NCBI GenBank assembly: GCA_963693365.1
Contig: CAVNZM010000003.1
Location: forward strand, 4,163,106-4,227,105
Source of the DNA: Amoebidium appalachense
Taxonomy: Eukaryota > Protista > Ichthyosporea
Length of the DNA stretch: 64,000 nucleotides
Direction: 5' to 3'
The notes below the pieces were generated by a model. It was not told where the DNA came from and ran no database searches. It saw only the letters and a program-made list of their open reading frames with translations. Shown here piece after piece: positions 30,616 to 64,000 of this stretch; the first letter of the stretch is position 1; each line of letters starts with the position of its first letter. The position numbers were made by a program, and so were the translations under genes.

Positions 30616-30774
30616 GAGGGGGGGGGGGCTTCAAGTTGCAAGAATGGAGGGAAAGGCCCTAGACTACAGGGGGTATTTCGCGTGGCGGTAGTGGCCGGGG
30701 ATAGGGGGGGAAGGGGTGAAGGGGCGGAAGGGGGGGGGGGGAAGGGGAGGAGGGTGCAAAATATGTTGAGTGCA

Positions 30775-30834
<60 letters not shown>

Positions 30835-30841
30835 CTGGCCG

Positions 30842-30877
<36 letters not shown>

Positions 30878-30964
30878 TGGTTAGGCGACGGCGGCGGTGG
30901 TGGTGGTGGCACGGTGGTGGTGTGTCTTTGTGTGTGTGCATGTGTGTGCCCTTTTTTTTTTTTT

Positions 30965-31011
<47 letters not shown>

Positions 31012-31727
31012 GGATGTGGTATGGGTAGGCACATACGGGCATGGCAGTTCACAGATAGAAAACATTGAAGGGACTCGTTATCTTTATTTAGTAATATTAA
31101 AATGTCTATTTTTATTCAGGCTGTTCTATATCCAAGGCAGCTTTGGAAAGTTTTGCGAGTGTATACGTGCGAGTCTTGGTGTGACTTGTGTGTTGATAGT
31201 TAACCTAGTCAAACCCACTATTTAAACAGACCTAGTTTGCTCAGAGGGTGTGGTAGGGATAAATGGGGTGGAAAAACGATAAACACAACAAAATCAAATT
31301 ACTAGTCCTACAAGGGTTGTGAGAATCAAAGTTGAGTATCTTGCTACTCCCCCATCCCCCCCCCCCCCCCCCACCCACCCATCCACAACACACACACACA
31401 CAAGCACAAACAAAAAACCATTCCCCATGGTAGAAACCCAGCCTGCACCAGGAATCCACAGACGTACGACCGTTTCTTGGGTGTGCCTTCAGGTGTACAA
31501 GAAGATTTTTCCTTCCTGAATGTTTATGTGCATCCCCGGATTTTTTTTTTCTCTCAGACTCAGTGTGTGCATCACCCGGTGCATGCGGCTGTGCATTGGA
31601 ACTACACCTCTTCGCGCACCACATGATATGGCCATGCTTTCAATTCTCCCCCGTGTGCGTATGCGGGTGCTTGGGTAGAGCATGACTCGAATTCGCCATG
31701 GTGACAACACACACACACACACGCACG

Positions 31728-31797
<70 letters not shown>

Positions 31798-31861
31798 CTC
31801 GGCTCTCTCCCCCTTCCCCCCCCCCTCCCCTCGCCTCCTCCCCCCTCCCGCCCCTCTCTCT

Positions 31862-31899
<38 letters not shown>

Positions 31900-32872
31900 T
31901 TCTCCCAATACACTCAACCACCGACACCGCCCCCCACCAACCCTTCCACCAAACATCCCCACAACTATCCCTCTTCTCCGTCGTAACCACCACCACATCT
32001 AGAAAGTCTTGTGCATCAAGGACTTAACTAGATGATGGTAAACTTGAATGTTGTTGCTTCATGTCCATTAGCTATGAGATCTTATTTTTAATTGTGCCCG
32101 GGTTGAATCTTGCTGATGAGACATGAACGACATCCGTGTTGCTAGCACAAAAAGGGTGCCTTGTGCCTCTATTCCTTGTAGGCAGGCAGCTCGATTATCG
32201 ACGTGGTTTTAAACAGTAACTCCTCACGACTTCAATGATGAATCTTGTGCCTCCCTAATGAAATGTGGAGGGCACTTTTGATTAGTTGTGTTCATCCATG
32301 GCTTCCCAGGCTTACCTTACACAACCCAGCTGGAGGGGTCTCTAGGAAGACTGTGAATTGACACGTCGGAGCATTGATTTCAAATCCCTGTCTGTTTGCT
32401 TCTACAGCCCCCCCCGCCCCCCCCCCCCCCCCTCTCTCTCTCTTCACATGTCATCGATGTTTTTGGAGGCGGAAACTTGGTAGTATCGTCGCATTCATGT
32501 CACGATAAGAGTGGAAAGCAAAACACAAATATTTTCTTCACAGGAGTCACCACAATCGCCTCCGTGTGCTCCCAACAACCATTTGCAACTCAGTATTCTA
32601 TCTCGCTTTCCAATTTGTTTGCCTCAGCGACTTGGCCGTTTTCGCTCTCATCTTCTTCAGCGTGCATAAGCCACTCTCTCCTTGCAGTCCCACTTCTCTG
32701 AAGTCTGCATTTTCTCATTGGACTTTCCGTCTCGTGTTCGGTTTGCATATGTTAAAAGAACAGTGGCATACTGTCCTATCGATATCCCTCGTCTATGATA
32801 CCACATTATTCCACCTTTAAAAATTGAACACAAGCACAAGCAGCTGTTTTTTTTTCTCCTTCCGTTTTCGGT

Positions 32873-32909
32873 CAAGGCCTCCTTATCACCCTGGGATAAG
32901 GAGGCCTTG
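32873..32909. mobile_element. 37-bp TIR-only DNA transposon derivative (P- or hAT-like termini, 8-bp TSD)
   Basis: Perfect 15-bp inverted repeat CAAGGCCTCCTTATC / GATAAGGAGGCCTTG around a 7-nt spacer, flanked by the direct repeat TTTTCGGT at 32865-32872 and 32910-32917. Confidence 0.75.
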
Positions 32910-33610
32910 TTTTCGGTCCCAGGGGAGAGGCTGAGACGCCAAGTTGGTGCGAAATGTGATTGGCTTAAAGCGCATAGGTGATTCTAAATTATCTTTTGAT
33001 TTGATATCTGCGCATCACCTTACGTAACTTTCCCAGCAGTACCTGCTTGTGCTGACGTCATCACTCGTCACCACTCTCGAGCTCAAGTGTACGCGTGCCA
33101 CTCTCTCACGTGAAAAGTTGGGGTAACAAGAACGTGTGTTTTTCTCTCCTTTACCCGCTTGTTTATGACGGGAAAGTAACAACTTAGGTAAGGAGTATCC
33201 CCGTTTTCCCGTTTAAAAACTAGAGAAAAAGAAAAGGAGATTGCTCCGGGTGTAGCCTGCTTGCTGGGAAAGGATCTGACGGTGTACATATGCGCAACAC
33301 AAGAAAGTTGGCCCGGATCTGATCACAGTTGTCTTCGTTTCGAACGCGAGTGATATTGAAAAGAACCCGTGCTTTTTTGTGCGGAGGCGTTTAAAAGCGG
33401 CTGGTGCGGGTATTCTAGTGCCTCTATGTAGGCATTCGCATGTCCGTTTACGTCCGTGTCTATGTGTACTCGTGTGTTGTCATCCGTGTCCGTGTCCCCC
33501 CCCCCCCCCCCCCCCCCCCTCCCCCCCCCCCGCCCCCCACCGCCTCCCCCCTCACCCTCCCCCCAAGCAGGGCTTTCAATGCATTACATCCTTGAGATAT
33601 TTCTATCACT

Positions 33611-33669
33611 ATGCTTCTAGGCTCTAAGATGAATGATATGCTTTTAGGCTCTAAGATGAATGATATGCT
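33611..33669. repeat. 27-bp tandem duplication
   Basis: ATGCTTYTAGGCTCTAAGATGAATGAT occurs twice (33611-33637, 33638-33664), followed by ATGCT. Confidence 0.9.
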
Positions 33670-34166
33670 CGAATGATAAGAGTGCCGTGGATTCATCTGA
33701 ATTTTCGGTTTTTGTGATGTGGCCGATCACAAAGTAATCGTGACCAAGGAGAAATATATACACAGATATAAATTATTTTGAATTCCCCAAGTTACTGCCT
33801 GTGTAGAGCAATAGAGAGGGTCGCGTAGGATGTTACTTAAATCTCTTTCTTCTCTACCGTTCCCTTTCTCTTTCCACACGCTCTTACATTTTTTTTTTAG
33901 AGGCCCCACAATCCTATCTAAAAGGGAAGAGTCAGTGGGTGACGTCTTCAGTAACGTTATCCTTTGCTGTCTTGCCATGTTCATACATTCCTACGCCACC
34001 ACACCAAGCCCCACTTACAGGGATTGCGTTTTTATTAATGTTTTTTGGCAAGCAGATGGCACATCACCAAACTTAAAACCTCACCGTTTCCCCTCCCCCC
34101 CCCTCCCCCCTCCCTCCCTCCCACCCCACCCCCCCCCCCCAATTTTTCCTTCCATTTTCCCAGAAA

Positions 34167-44617
<10,451 letters not shown>

Positions 44618-45339
44618 ACTCTGCATTCGACATGCATGCCATCTGTGTTGGCTCCCTTCTCAAGAAATGAACATTTTTTATTTATTTTTCGGTTCCTCTC
44701 TTTTCCTAAATGCATTTTCTCGGTATTTCTAATTAATACACGGTTAGCTTATATATACACAAGGCAGATGAGCCAATGTCACATAAAGGTGATCACAAAC
44801 TTATTCAGTCGTTCATATGCTCCATCTATGTGGCCTCTGTCATCCCCTCCTAATTCTTCCTTCCCTTTTCCCTTCCTCTTCCTCCAATTCCTTTCTTTTT
44901 TTTTTTCAGGCCTTGCTGGTGCAATCCACTGTGTAAGATTCGACTATTTAGCTTATCGTTTTTTCGGAAGGATGAACCTGCAAGTCCGTATTATTGAAGA
45001 TTTCCCATTTGTGTTGTTCTTGAATGTTAATAATATTATTCTGTTTTTAGGGCTTTTTTCATGTTTTATCCAGGATTTGGTGGGCGTGGGGGCCTGTCTG
45101 GGAGGGAAGGGGTTTACCTATAGCTTGAGGTCTTGGTTGTTTTTTAATCCGTCACGGACGGTGAACACACACGGGAGGCTTGGTAATACCCTTTCGCTGC
45201 TCTTGACATTCGTTTTACCATTCGACATGTGAAGTCGCTCTGAAATAGGAATAAACATTCACACACGCACGGTTACATACATGTGACCGAATTACCGGCC
45301 GGTGCCAGATCTGACAGTGTGCATGTTTGTGTTCTGTAG

Positions 45340-45810
45340 GTAGCATATGCTTGCCCATGCTCTAGCATATATTTTTGTACATGCCGGTGTGCACCTGCTT
45401 GTACATGCCCATGTGCTTGTACGTGCACATGCCCTGCATTTGTGCATGCCCATGTGCTTGTACATGCAGATGCGCTTGCATTTGTGCATGGCCATGTGCT
45501 TGTACATACATGCACATACCCTTGCATTTATGCATGCCCACGTGCTTGTACGTATGCATGCCCGTGTGTTTGTACGTTTGTGCCCGTGTGCGTGTGCTTG
45601 TACATGCCCATGTTCTTGTACACGCCCGATGGTGTGCCATGCATATATGGCTAGCGCAGCATGTGGCCATGGAGGATTCTCAGGATGATCTATGTACGTT
45701 GGCATGTCGATATGTCCGATGCCCTTGCATGTATCCATAACGGTGAGGACATGCCATCATGGATGCAAGTATGCATGCTGGCACACATCACATGTGCACG
45801 TACGTGCATT
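45340..45810. repeat. Degenerate minisatellite built on TGCTTGTACATGCCCATG / TGCATTTGTGCATGCCCATG
   Basis: Repeated GTGCTTGTAC and GCATGCCC units; these explain the spurious His/Cys/Met-rich ORFs on both strands. Confidence 0.8.
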
Positions 45811-48652
45811 AATATATATCCCCAGAGTAGCTCCAGGTCAGGCAGTCAGGCTACATGCATGTCGGACATTCCGAACGGCCCGCGCATGCCGCTGAGCAAG
45901 AACACCATGTACATAGTAAATGCACCAACGAAGTGAAAACGTTAATTTTCTTGTCACGGTTGCATTATATTGTAGAGGCTCAGTTGATCATGAGACTTGC
46001 AGTCGCTGACCTCAGGAAGAGAACCGAGAGACCCTTCGCTGGCGGTTCAAGAAGAAAGGGAGCTATACCTCGTTTCATTATCGACCTTCTCTTTCGAATA
46101 ACAGTTATAGTAAACGCCTAAGGATTCTGATATACGTATAACACTCGGAGTCCAGTACGTGGAGTTCTTGCCGGCCCAGCTTGTAACGGCTCTGACCGGC
46201 GAACCTTGACAATTTTTTCATGGATTTCATTGGATGTAAACGGTCTTACAAATAAATAGTCAGGGATACCGTGTGAAACAGAACGTACAGATAAAAAGGG
46301 GGTTGGAAAAGTGCAACTGAATAATTAGAAACGAAACAAGCATGTTTTTTTTTAAAAAAAATTTTTTTTTCTATATATTTGATTATGCGCTTTCCTTACA
46401 GACCAACAACATCCATTCAAAGCTCTTTCCTCATCCGTACTGTACTGTGGACCCTCACAGTGGGCTTCGGCGACTACAATAATGGCACATGCAACGGACT
46501 TGCGCCGCCTAATAAGACTTCGGCAAAAATCTTCAGATTGAATAAAATTAAACGTCGTTATAGCATGAATTATGGTATATGATTAGTTCATAAACGGTCG
46601 GCTGCATAAAGCATTTAGAGTTGGGACATGGTTGTTTCGAAATCGGTTTCCCTTTTTCCCGGAAAACAGGGCCAGCATGTGTTACTGTCAACCCGCCAAA
46701 GTTTGATGTGTTTTGTCTTCGAATATATAAGAGTAATAAAGAAAGAAAAGAATACAGACGTTTTTATATAGAAGTGTAGCTCAAAGAAATATAAAAAACA
46801 GTCCCCTAGGCAAAGGTTAGCGGCGCCGTCGCTCAAATCTATGAAATTGATCGGGGTTCAAATGTTTTCGAGTCGATCGACAAATCGAACCCTGACATCC
46901 GAGATCTAACGGTTGCGTGACTTGGACCGTCAAGATGCAACCAAAAGGGGTCGTTATACTCTCAGTAGGGTAATTCAAGGTCTATAGACAAACAAAACGT
47001 GCTGGTTGGTCCATTAAAAATAGCAATTATAACAAATATTTTTAGAGAAGTATAAAACCATGGGAATATTTGTACTCTAGCGCATTAATGTATCAAGAAT
47101 TTTCATAGTACGATTCCAAACATATACAAATTTCTTCACAAAAGAACTGATAATCTATTCTACAGTCAAAAACCAAAGGAAAAATAATTAAAAATAGAAG
47201 AACCTAAAGATATTTTTTTTAGTTTTTCCTTTTCCGTTTGTTATATATTCCTTTAGTGTTATTTTTACGTGTTCAAAGCATTTTGACGGGTCCATGTTTT
47301 ATGCCTCACGTGTTTTGTTAACAGTAGATCTGGTATAATTTTACTAACGGCGGCAGCCAGATGATCGATCATGCATTTTTGCACGTCTCCCCTTTTTTGC
47401 GGATCTGATCGGGCGGCTTACGTCACTGTGCCTACGAATTCTGTGTCGCTCGTGACAGTGGTTAGATTCGATAAAAATCATGCTCTAAAATAACACACTT
47501 TGTCGTCGGTTGGTCGAACCTAAAATTTGATCGGCGAGAGTAAGATTTTTAACTTTTAAAACCATTTTTATTCGCAACAGTGACATCAACGAATCGCGGA
47601 GGCCGTTACAGAAAAATTTTGAAGTGGGAGAACACGTGACAAAAATATCCTTCACCTTCCCCCCTCCCCCGTGGAAATACAGACGATTCGTTATTTTCTG
47701 CAAGTACTAACAATAATACTATAGCGGTCTATATTAGCTTATACTAATAACGTTCGTTATATAATCGTATTCGGTGAAACGGCTTTTTTTGAAAAAATAG
47801 CAGCAGTCCAAAGTTTGGGTCACCCCACGTGTCATTTGACGAGCTAGAACACTGCCAGGCGAAAGCTTATGTTATTAGCAATCACTTGCTTGTTCCAAAT
47901 CATTTCCCTGGCTCGTTTTTCGTCGAATTTTGAGTGAGCTCTAGTGCTAAAAGGCACCGAAACTGAGTTCTCGCTACCACCTTCAACCCAGCGAATTTCT
48001 TGCACCCAAATATCCGCTACGACACAAGAGCTGGGCACTAAGGTGGGCGGGACCCCCTACCTATGCTATTACGCAAACGCGTGTTCTCTTCCCAAAAGAG
48101 TAGTATGTTCTGTATATTTGTATCAAAAATGGGGGGGAAGGGGGGAAGGGGGAGGGAGGGGGGGAAGGGGGAGGGAGAGGGTGAACTTTCCAATAAGGCT
48201 TTCTCGCAGTTCGTACGCTCCGAAAGTTCCGAAGGTGTAATAATCCGGAGGCGACGTGTGTGCACGCGCCTTCCTGCTTGATCAAACATGAACTTCGGTG
48301 CTTGAAAAAGACTCTTTTGACTGTTTGTATGAACGTGTGCTGAGAAGACCTGACCTTCGTTTCTCCCGGTTCCTGGGTTTTGTAGATTTTTCTGTTCTGT
48401 TGATTCTGAGCCCACGGTGATATATATGACATAATTCATGAATTGAGGTGAGAAAGTGGGCCTAATGGTCAAAGTCTTGGTTGGAACCCGAAAGGCAGAA
48501 ACGAAATGTTATGTTTGAGCTATAGTTTCCCCATAAATCAGAGGGTATGTATTCTAATATTAGAGTATTACAAAGTTAGCGTATTCCAAAGTCCTTGACG
48601 GCAATCTGTACATAGCTGGAAGGGAGTGTCAGTGTGGCCAAGCATGTTTCTG

Positions 48653-48696
<44 letters not shown>

Positions 48697-48721
48697 AGTG
48701 TTCACTTCAAATTCCCTCTAG

Positions 48722-48759
<38 letters not shown>

Positions 48760-49894
48760 CGCACACACACACACACACACTTTTTGCTGCTTCCTGCACC
48801 TTCCCTCGCCAGATCCCCCCCCCCCCCCCCCCCCCCCCCCCTCCCCTCCCTCCCCTCTCTCCCCCCCCCCCCCCCCCCCTCCCTTCCCCCTGGTGTTGTT
48901 AACTGCACACTTCACACACTCGTAGTCCCTACACCATCTTTTACTCCATCCCTCCCCTCTTCCCCCCTCCCCCCCCCCCCCCTCCCCTCCCCCCTCCCCC
49001 CACCACCACCATCACCAGTCCCCCCGGCATTCTAATTCTCCCCCCCCCCCCCCCTCCCCCCCCCCCCCCCCCCGCCCCTTCCCGGGAGGATGGGCTCTAC
49101 TTTTGTCGCAAGACTCTGTGTGTACTGTTCTTTGTTTGTATGTCCCCGTTAGGATATCCGTTGAGAATCTGTACTTAATACTACGTACCTCATTCGTACC
49201 TCCACCCTCCCCCCCCCCCTCCCCCCCCCCCCCGGATGGGCTCTACCGGTGATGCATTGCATCCTCTCTGTGTGTACTGCTTTTGCAACATCTGCACAGT
49301 TGTTACACGGGTACTTGATTGTATTTGTGCATTCTATCCCCCCTCCCCCCCCCCCCCCCCCCCCCTCCCTCCCCCTCCCCCCGCTCTCCCCTCCCCTTCC
49401 CCCTCTCCCCCCGCCCTCCCCCCTCTCCCCACCGCGGCCCCGCCCCGCCCAGGGCTCATAACATGACATAAGCCACTCTCGAGTATGGGCTCTGTTGAAT
49501 ATTCAAAAATGTGTATGCGCTCTTTTCCCCACCATCTGTGTGATATCGTCCATTGAGAAGCTGTGCACTTTGTACTGTGCATTACATCCTAACCCTCCCC
49601 CTTTCTCCCCTCCCCCCACCTCCCTCTTCCTCCCCCTCCACCCCTACCATCCACCCCACCCCTCCCCCTCCCACCTCCCCCCTTCCCCTCTCCCTTTCTC
49701 CCCCCCCTTCCTTCCCCCCCCCCTTCCCCCTAACCCCCCCCCCCCCCAACCTGCCGTCGTGTCTCTCTTCCTCCCCCCCCCCCCCCCCCCCCCCCCCCCC
49801 AACACCCCCCACCCCACCCCCCCCAAATACCCACTCGGTCGCTAAAACAGTTTTTTTTCGTTTTTTTTGTGTGTGACGGATGCCCGAAGCCACG

Positions 49895-56081
<6,187 letters not shown>

Positions 56082-56786
56082 AATTTTGGTGGGAATATAA
56101 TACTATCTAAACACGAAAGGCTGGATAGTTGAAAGAATAGTTGTCCCTCGGAGGTTTATCCATTAAAGCTGCTTTTGTGCTTCAAAACTCAGCCGTGGAG
56201 TTAGTGGGGCATCCCAGTTTATCTGATGTGGTTACGGATTAACAAATAGGTCAAAAAGTCCGAGGCTGGGGCCGGATATATATAAATATCCATGTATTAA
56301 ATCAGGCTATGAAAACTCGGATCATGATTATAATCGGTCCGTTATAGTGTGTATGTCGCTTTTGCGTTACTTAAGTCACGTTTGTGTTGTGTGTTGGGCA
56401 AAACGTTACTCTCGGTAAGACGATCATCGTAGTAAGAGGCTGTGATTTTGGCTTATGATATCGATTTGTTGCTTGCTTGCTTTTTTTTTTTGTGTGGTTT
56501 TATATGGCACCTTAAAAATTAAGTCGCTTGGGGCTTAAGCCATAATAACTGGCCGTGTATCTGAATCTGAATTTCCGGCCTAAGGGTTGCGCAGTTGGTG
56601 ACTCAGATGGTGATCATGAGTTTCAAAGGCTTCTGCACACACATACATCCCCCCCCCCCCCCCCCCCCCCCCCCCACTCACACACACACAAACGCGCACA
56701 CTTTTTTTTCCTTTTCGTTTCGTTTTTGTCTTCTTTCTTGTCTTTCTTTTCTTTCTTTCTTTCTTCTTCTTCTTCTTTTTTTTTTT

Positions 56787-56817
<31 letters not shown>

Positions 56818-57506
56818 TATTTGTTTCAACAAAAGTCGAAGTTCTCTAGCATGTGCACGTCAGTGCCACCATGACATTCTCAAGTTGACTAGCATCTTGG
56901 CCAGATTGTTTTCAGAGTCCAAGACTTGTGTTGTCAACATTCAACTTACAATAAGTTTTAGGCTTACATTTACAATTAAATTTAACACATTCACGCCAAG
57001 TTGAACGCTCAGGGTTGAGCGATAGGCTCTTAATAATAGCTAAAGACTCTCTCGTGAGTCGAACATCCAGCGCCTGGACTCAGTGGCGCGGCAAAGAAAG
57101 ATCCTCCCCCCCCCTCTTCCCCTTCCCTCCCTTTCCCCTGGGGAAGTTCGGCCCCGGACACACACATACATACACACACTCACAGACACGTGCACACACA
57201 CATACGACACACGTGCACTCTCACACACAGTAAGGTCAACACACACTGGCACACACAGCACACATACACTGTGTGACACAACTGATGGTGTCATGAACGG
57301 GAACGCACACACTATAGTGACCGTGCCAGGCTAGTGGTACATGCGCGCGCGCGCGTACACAGTCACACACTCCGGAGCCTCAATGATTCATTCCCTCCCT
57401 CCCACAGCTCCGTTGAGACTTCGATTCCGATTCCACCTCCCTACCCGTCCTTTACCCCACCCCTCCCCCCCTGATGGCCCTCCTCTACGAAAAGTTCTGC
57501 TATCCC

Positions 57507-57539
<33 letters not shown>

Positions 57540-57789
57540 TGTTCCCGGGCCTCCCCTCGAGCTCCTCCCGGCACGGTTCTAGCTCTGTCTCTCTCCGCTC
57601 TCTCTCTTCCCGAAGCCCCCCTCCCTCCCCCTCTCTCACCTTCTCTTTAAATTTACAGATCATAGTTACTGTAGTACCGCCCCCCATCAAGAGCCCCGCC
57701 TCCCCCCCCCCCCCCCCCCCCCCCCCCCCCGCCCTCCCCCCTTCCCCCTTTCCTCCCCTTCTCACCTTTCTCGCCCCCCTCAACCTCCC

Positions 57790-58224
57790 AAATTTATTCT
57801 GCGGTCTTGAAACCTTTCGAAAAAGTTCCTAGAGGAGTTTGTGAGCAGGATTTCTTAGCTCAAGCGCTAGCTGAAATCTAAATGAAGGAAATGATGACAT
57901 TATATTTTAAACTCGGCACGTTAACGACCAGTTCAGCCACGGGACGATGATCATTGCCCGGGGTGACACTACACGGGGGTCATTAATAGGCTCGGGTATT
58001 CCGGGTGATTGCTGGACTGAACGAATACTCGTGATAAAGCTGGTAGTCAAAGTCTCCACAGTCAGGGCTGTTTGTGTGTGTGTGTGTGTGTGTTTGTTGG
58101 GGGCGGGGAAGGGGGGAGGAGGAAGAGGAGGAGGGGGGGAGCCGGGGGGGGGGGGGGGGGGGGGAGCAAATCTATTGAACAACCTCGACCCCCTTGACCT
58201 TAGTAAAACGGCCCCCCTCCCCCC

Positions 58225-58286
<62 letters not shown>

Positions 58287-59236
58287 TCTCCAAAATGCCC
58301 GTCCGCGGGACGGTGACTCCGAACACACTGCAATGTCATCACACAAGCACCCCACACATTCAAGCGCACGTGTGCACACCGCCTCCCTGACCCCAAAATT
58401 GAACATAATAACCACCCTACTAAGGCTTCTCCCTTCCCCGCTCTCCCCCTCCCTCCCTCCCCCCAGAGCCTCACATTTGAGGTACTGGCAAAAAAACCCA
58501 CCTCCCCCCCCCCTCCCACCCCTCCCCCCCTCCTCTCCCCCCGGAAAAAATAGTGTGCCCGCGTGCGATACCGCAAGTCAAATATGGGCTCAATCTTTGA
58601 ATATGTTTGTGTGCTTGTGTGTGTGTCACACACAGTGTATGTATGTGTGTAGTCACGTGTGTGTGTGTGCGTTGGTGTGTGTGTGGTGTGTGTGTGCGCG
58701 CGCGCGCGCGCGTGTGTGTGTGTGTGCGTGTGTGTGTGTGTACATGCGCGTTGATCTGTGTGTAACAGTTACAGCGATCCGTGCAATCCTCCCCCTCCCC
58801 CCTTCCCCTTTCTCTCAACACACAAACACACGCACACACGCGCACACGCACCCACACGCGCATACACACACACACGCGCGCGCGCAAACACACGCACACA
58901 GACACACACACACACGCACACACACGCAGACATACGCACACACACATACACGCGCACGCCCACGCACACACCCACGCACACACCCACCCACCCACCCACC
59001 CACACACACACACCCACACACCCACCCACCCACACACACACACACACGTGCACACACACACACGCACACACGCACACACACACACAGAGAGAGATAACCT
59101 TCAATGTTGAAGGTATCAACGTGTGGAGTGGCAGCAGGCCACCAGACATGTCACTGTACAGGAGAGCTCTGGCAACATGTTGCAAGCATGCGCACGTGAC
59201 TTCGTGCATCGGCGACACGTTCGGTAGATCGGCCAA
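57790..59236 (-). pseudogene. Decayed F-box/LRR paralog relic
   Basis: The minus-strand peptide [12 protein letters not shown] (about 59190-59150) matches LVHIIRALPYPD of the 18484-20143 gene. TALTVETLTTSFITSIRSV and LL*ELFRKV (about 58050-57810) resemble TDLTLRNTPGLTSIRCL and LLLDMFAKV, in collinear order, interrupted by microsatellites. Confidence 0.45.
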
Positions 59237-59803
59237 TCGCAGAGCACCTCCTTTGTTTTCATAGCCGTATATGGTATTGATTGGCTCATGCTTTCAAGGA
59301 TCGCAACCTGCAAATATTGGTGCCCTAAATACAAAACAACACAGGAAACGTAATGCTTCTAGTATTTTACAAGTATATGTACCTGAACTCATCGGGTATA
59401 ACGCCAAATAACACTCACCTTGTGCAAATCTTTGTTGTTCTTTGTTGTAATGAAATTTGTGCCTGGCCAGTTGCAGTTGACATAGTAAGCCAATCGTTTG
59501 AGCCCATTCAACATGATTGGTGCACGCTCTACGCGCCCAACTTGTTGATGACTAAACACCAATATAATGCTTATATTAGCTGGTTTCCTTTGCTTTAAAT
59601 GTCGTTTGTTATAATTAATATAATCACAAAATTCTTCGTTTCGCCGCGCTGGCTAACTTGCTCAACTATAAAAAAAGCGAAAAGCGTCCACCATCGCATT
59701 TTCCTTCGCGTTTCATGCTTCACTCCCGGCCTTTTTTTCGTTAGATTCTGTTTTACGACCAAACCGTTCTAGCTATTTACTTTGGCCTAAGCCTATATAG
59801 AAA

Positions 59804-64000
<4,197 letters not shown>

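Noticed and set aside
45950-48600. AT-rich, microsatellite-free stretch suggesting a viral or transposon insert
   Set aside because: No long ORF, terminal repeat or recognisable motif; it is compatible with ordinary intergenic or promoter DNA.

Overview
Intron-rich eukaryotic DNA, probably from a protist (lineage not assignable from sequence alone), saturated with poly-G/poly-C, (CA/GT)n and (GA/CT)n tracts; most of the supplied ORFs are spurious translations of these tracts. Five spliced plus-strand genes could be assembled by hand with consistent intron phases: RPL13/eL13 (3 coding exons, 212 aa), a patatin-like lipase with a GC-AG intron (573 aa), SGTA/Sgt2 (8 exons, 324 aa), a small BAH+Tudor-like chromatin reader (about 212 aa) and a PAP2-family membrane phosphatase that runs off the window end. 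An intronless F-box/LRR family is present only as disabled copies: a frameshifted gene at 18484-20143 (-), a six-unit decayed tandem array at 1-9760 (+) and a further relic at about 57790-59236 (-). The main unexplained signal is intron architecture: many introns have G/(GT)n-rich 5' halves and complementary C/(CA)n-rich 3' halves, and the microsatellites often form the splice sites themselves. Also present are a head-to-head pair of 248-bp TTAA-bounded MITEs, a 37-bp TIR-only element with an 8-bp TSD, a sense-biased dispersed ~110-bp repeat, and duplicated decoy splice acceptors.
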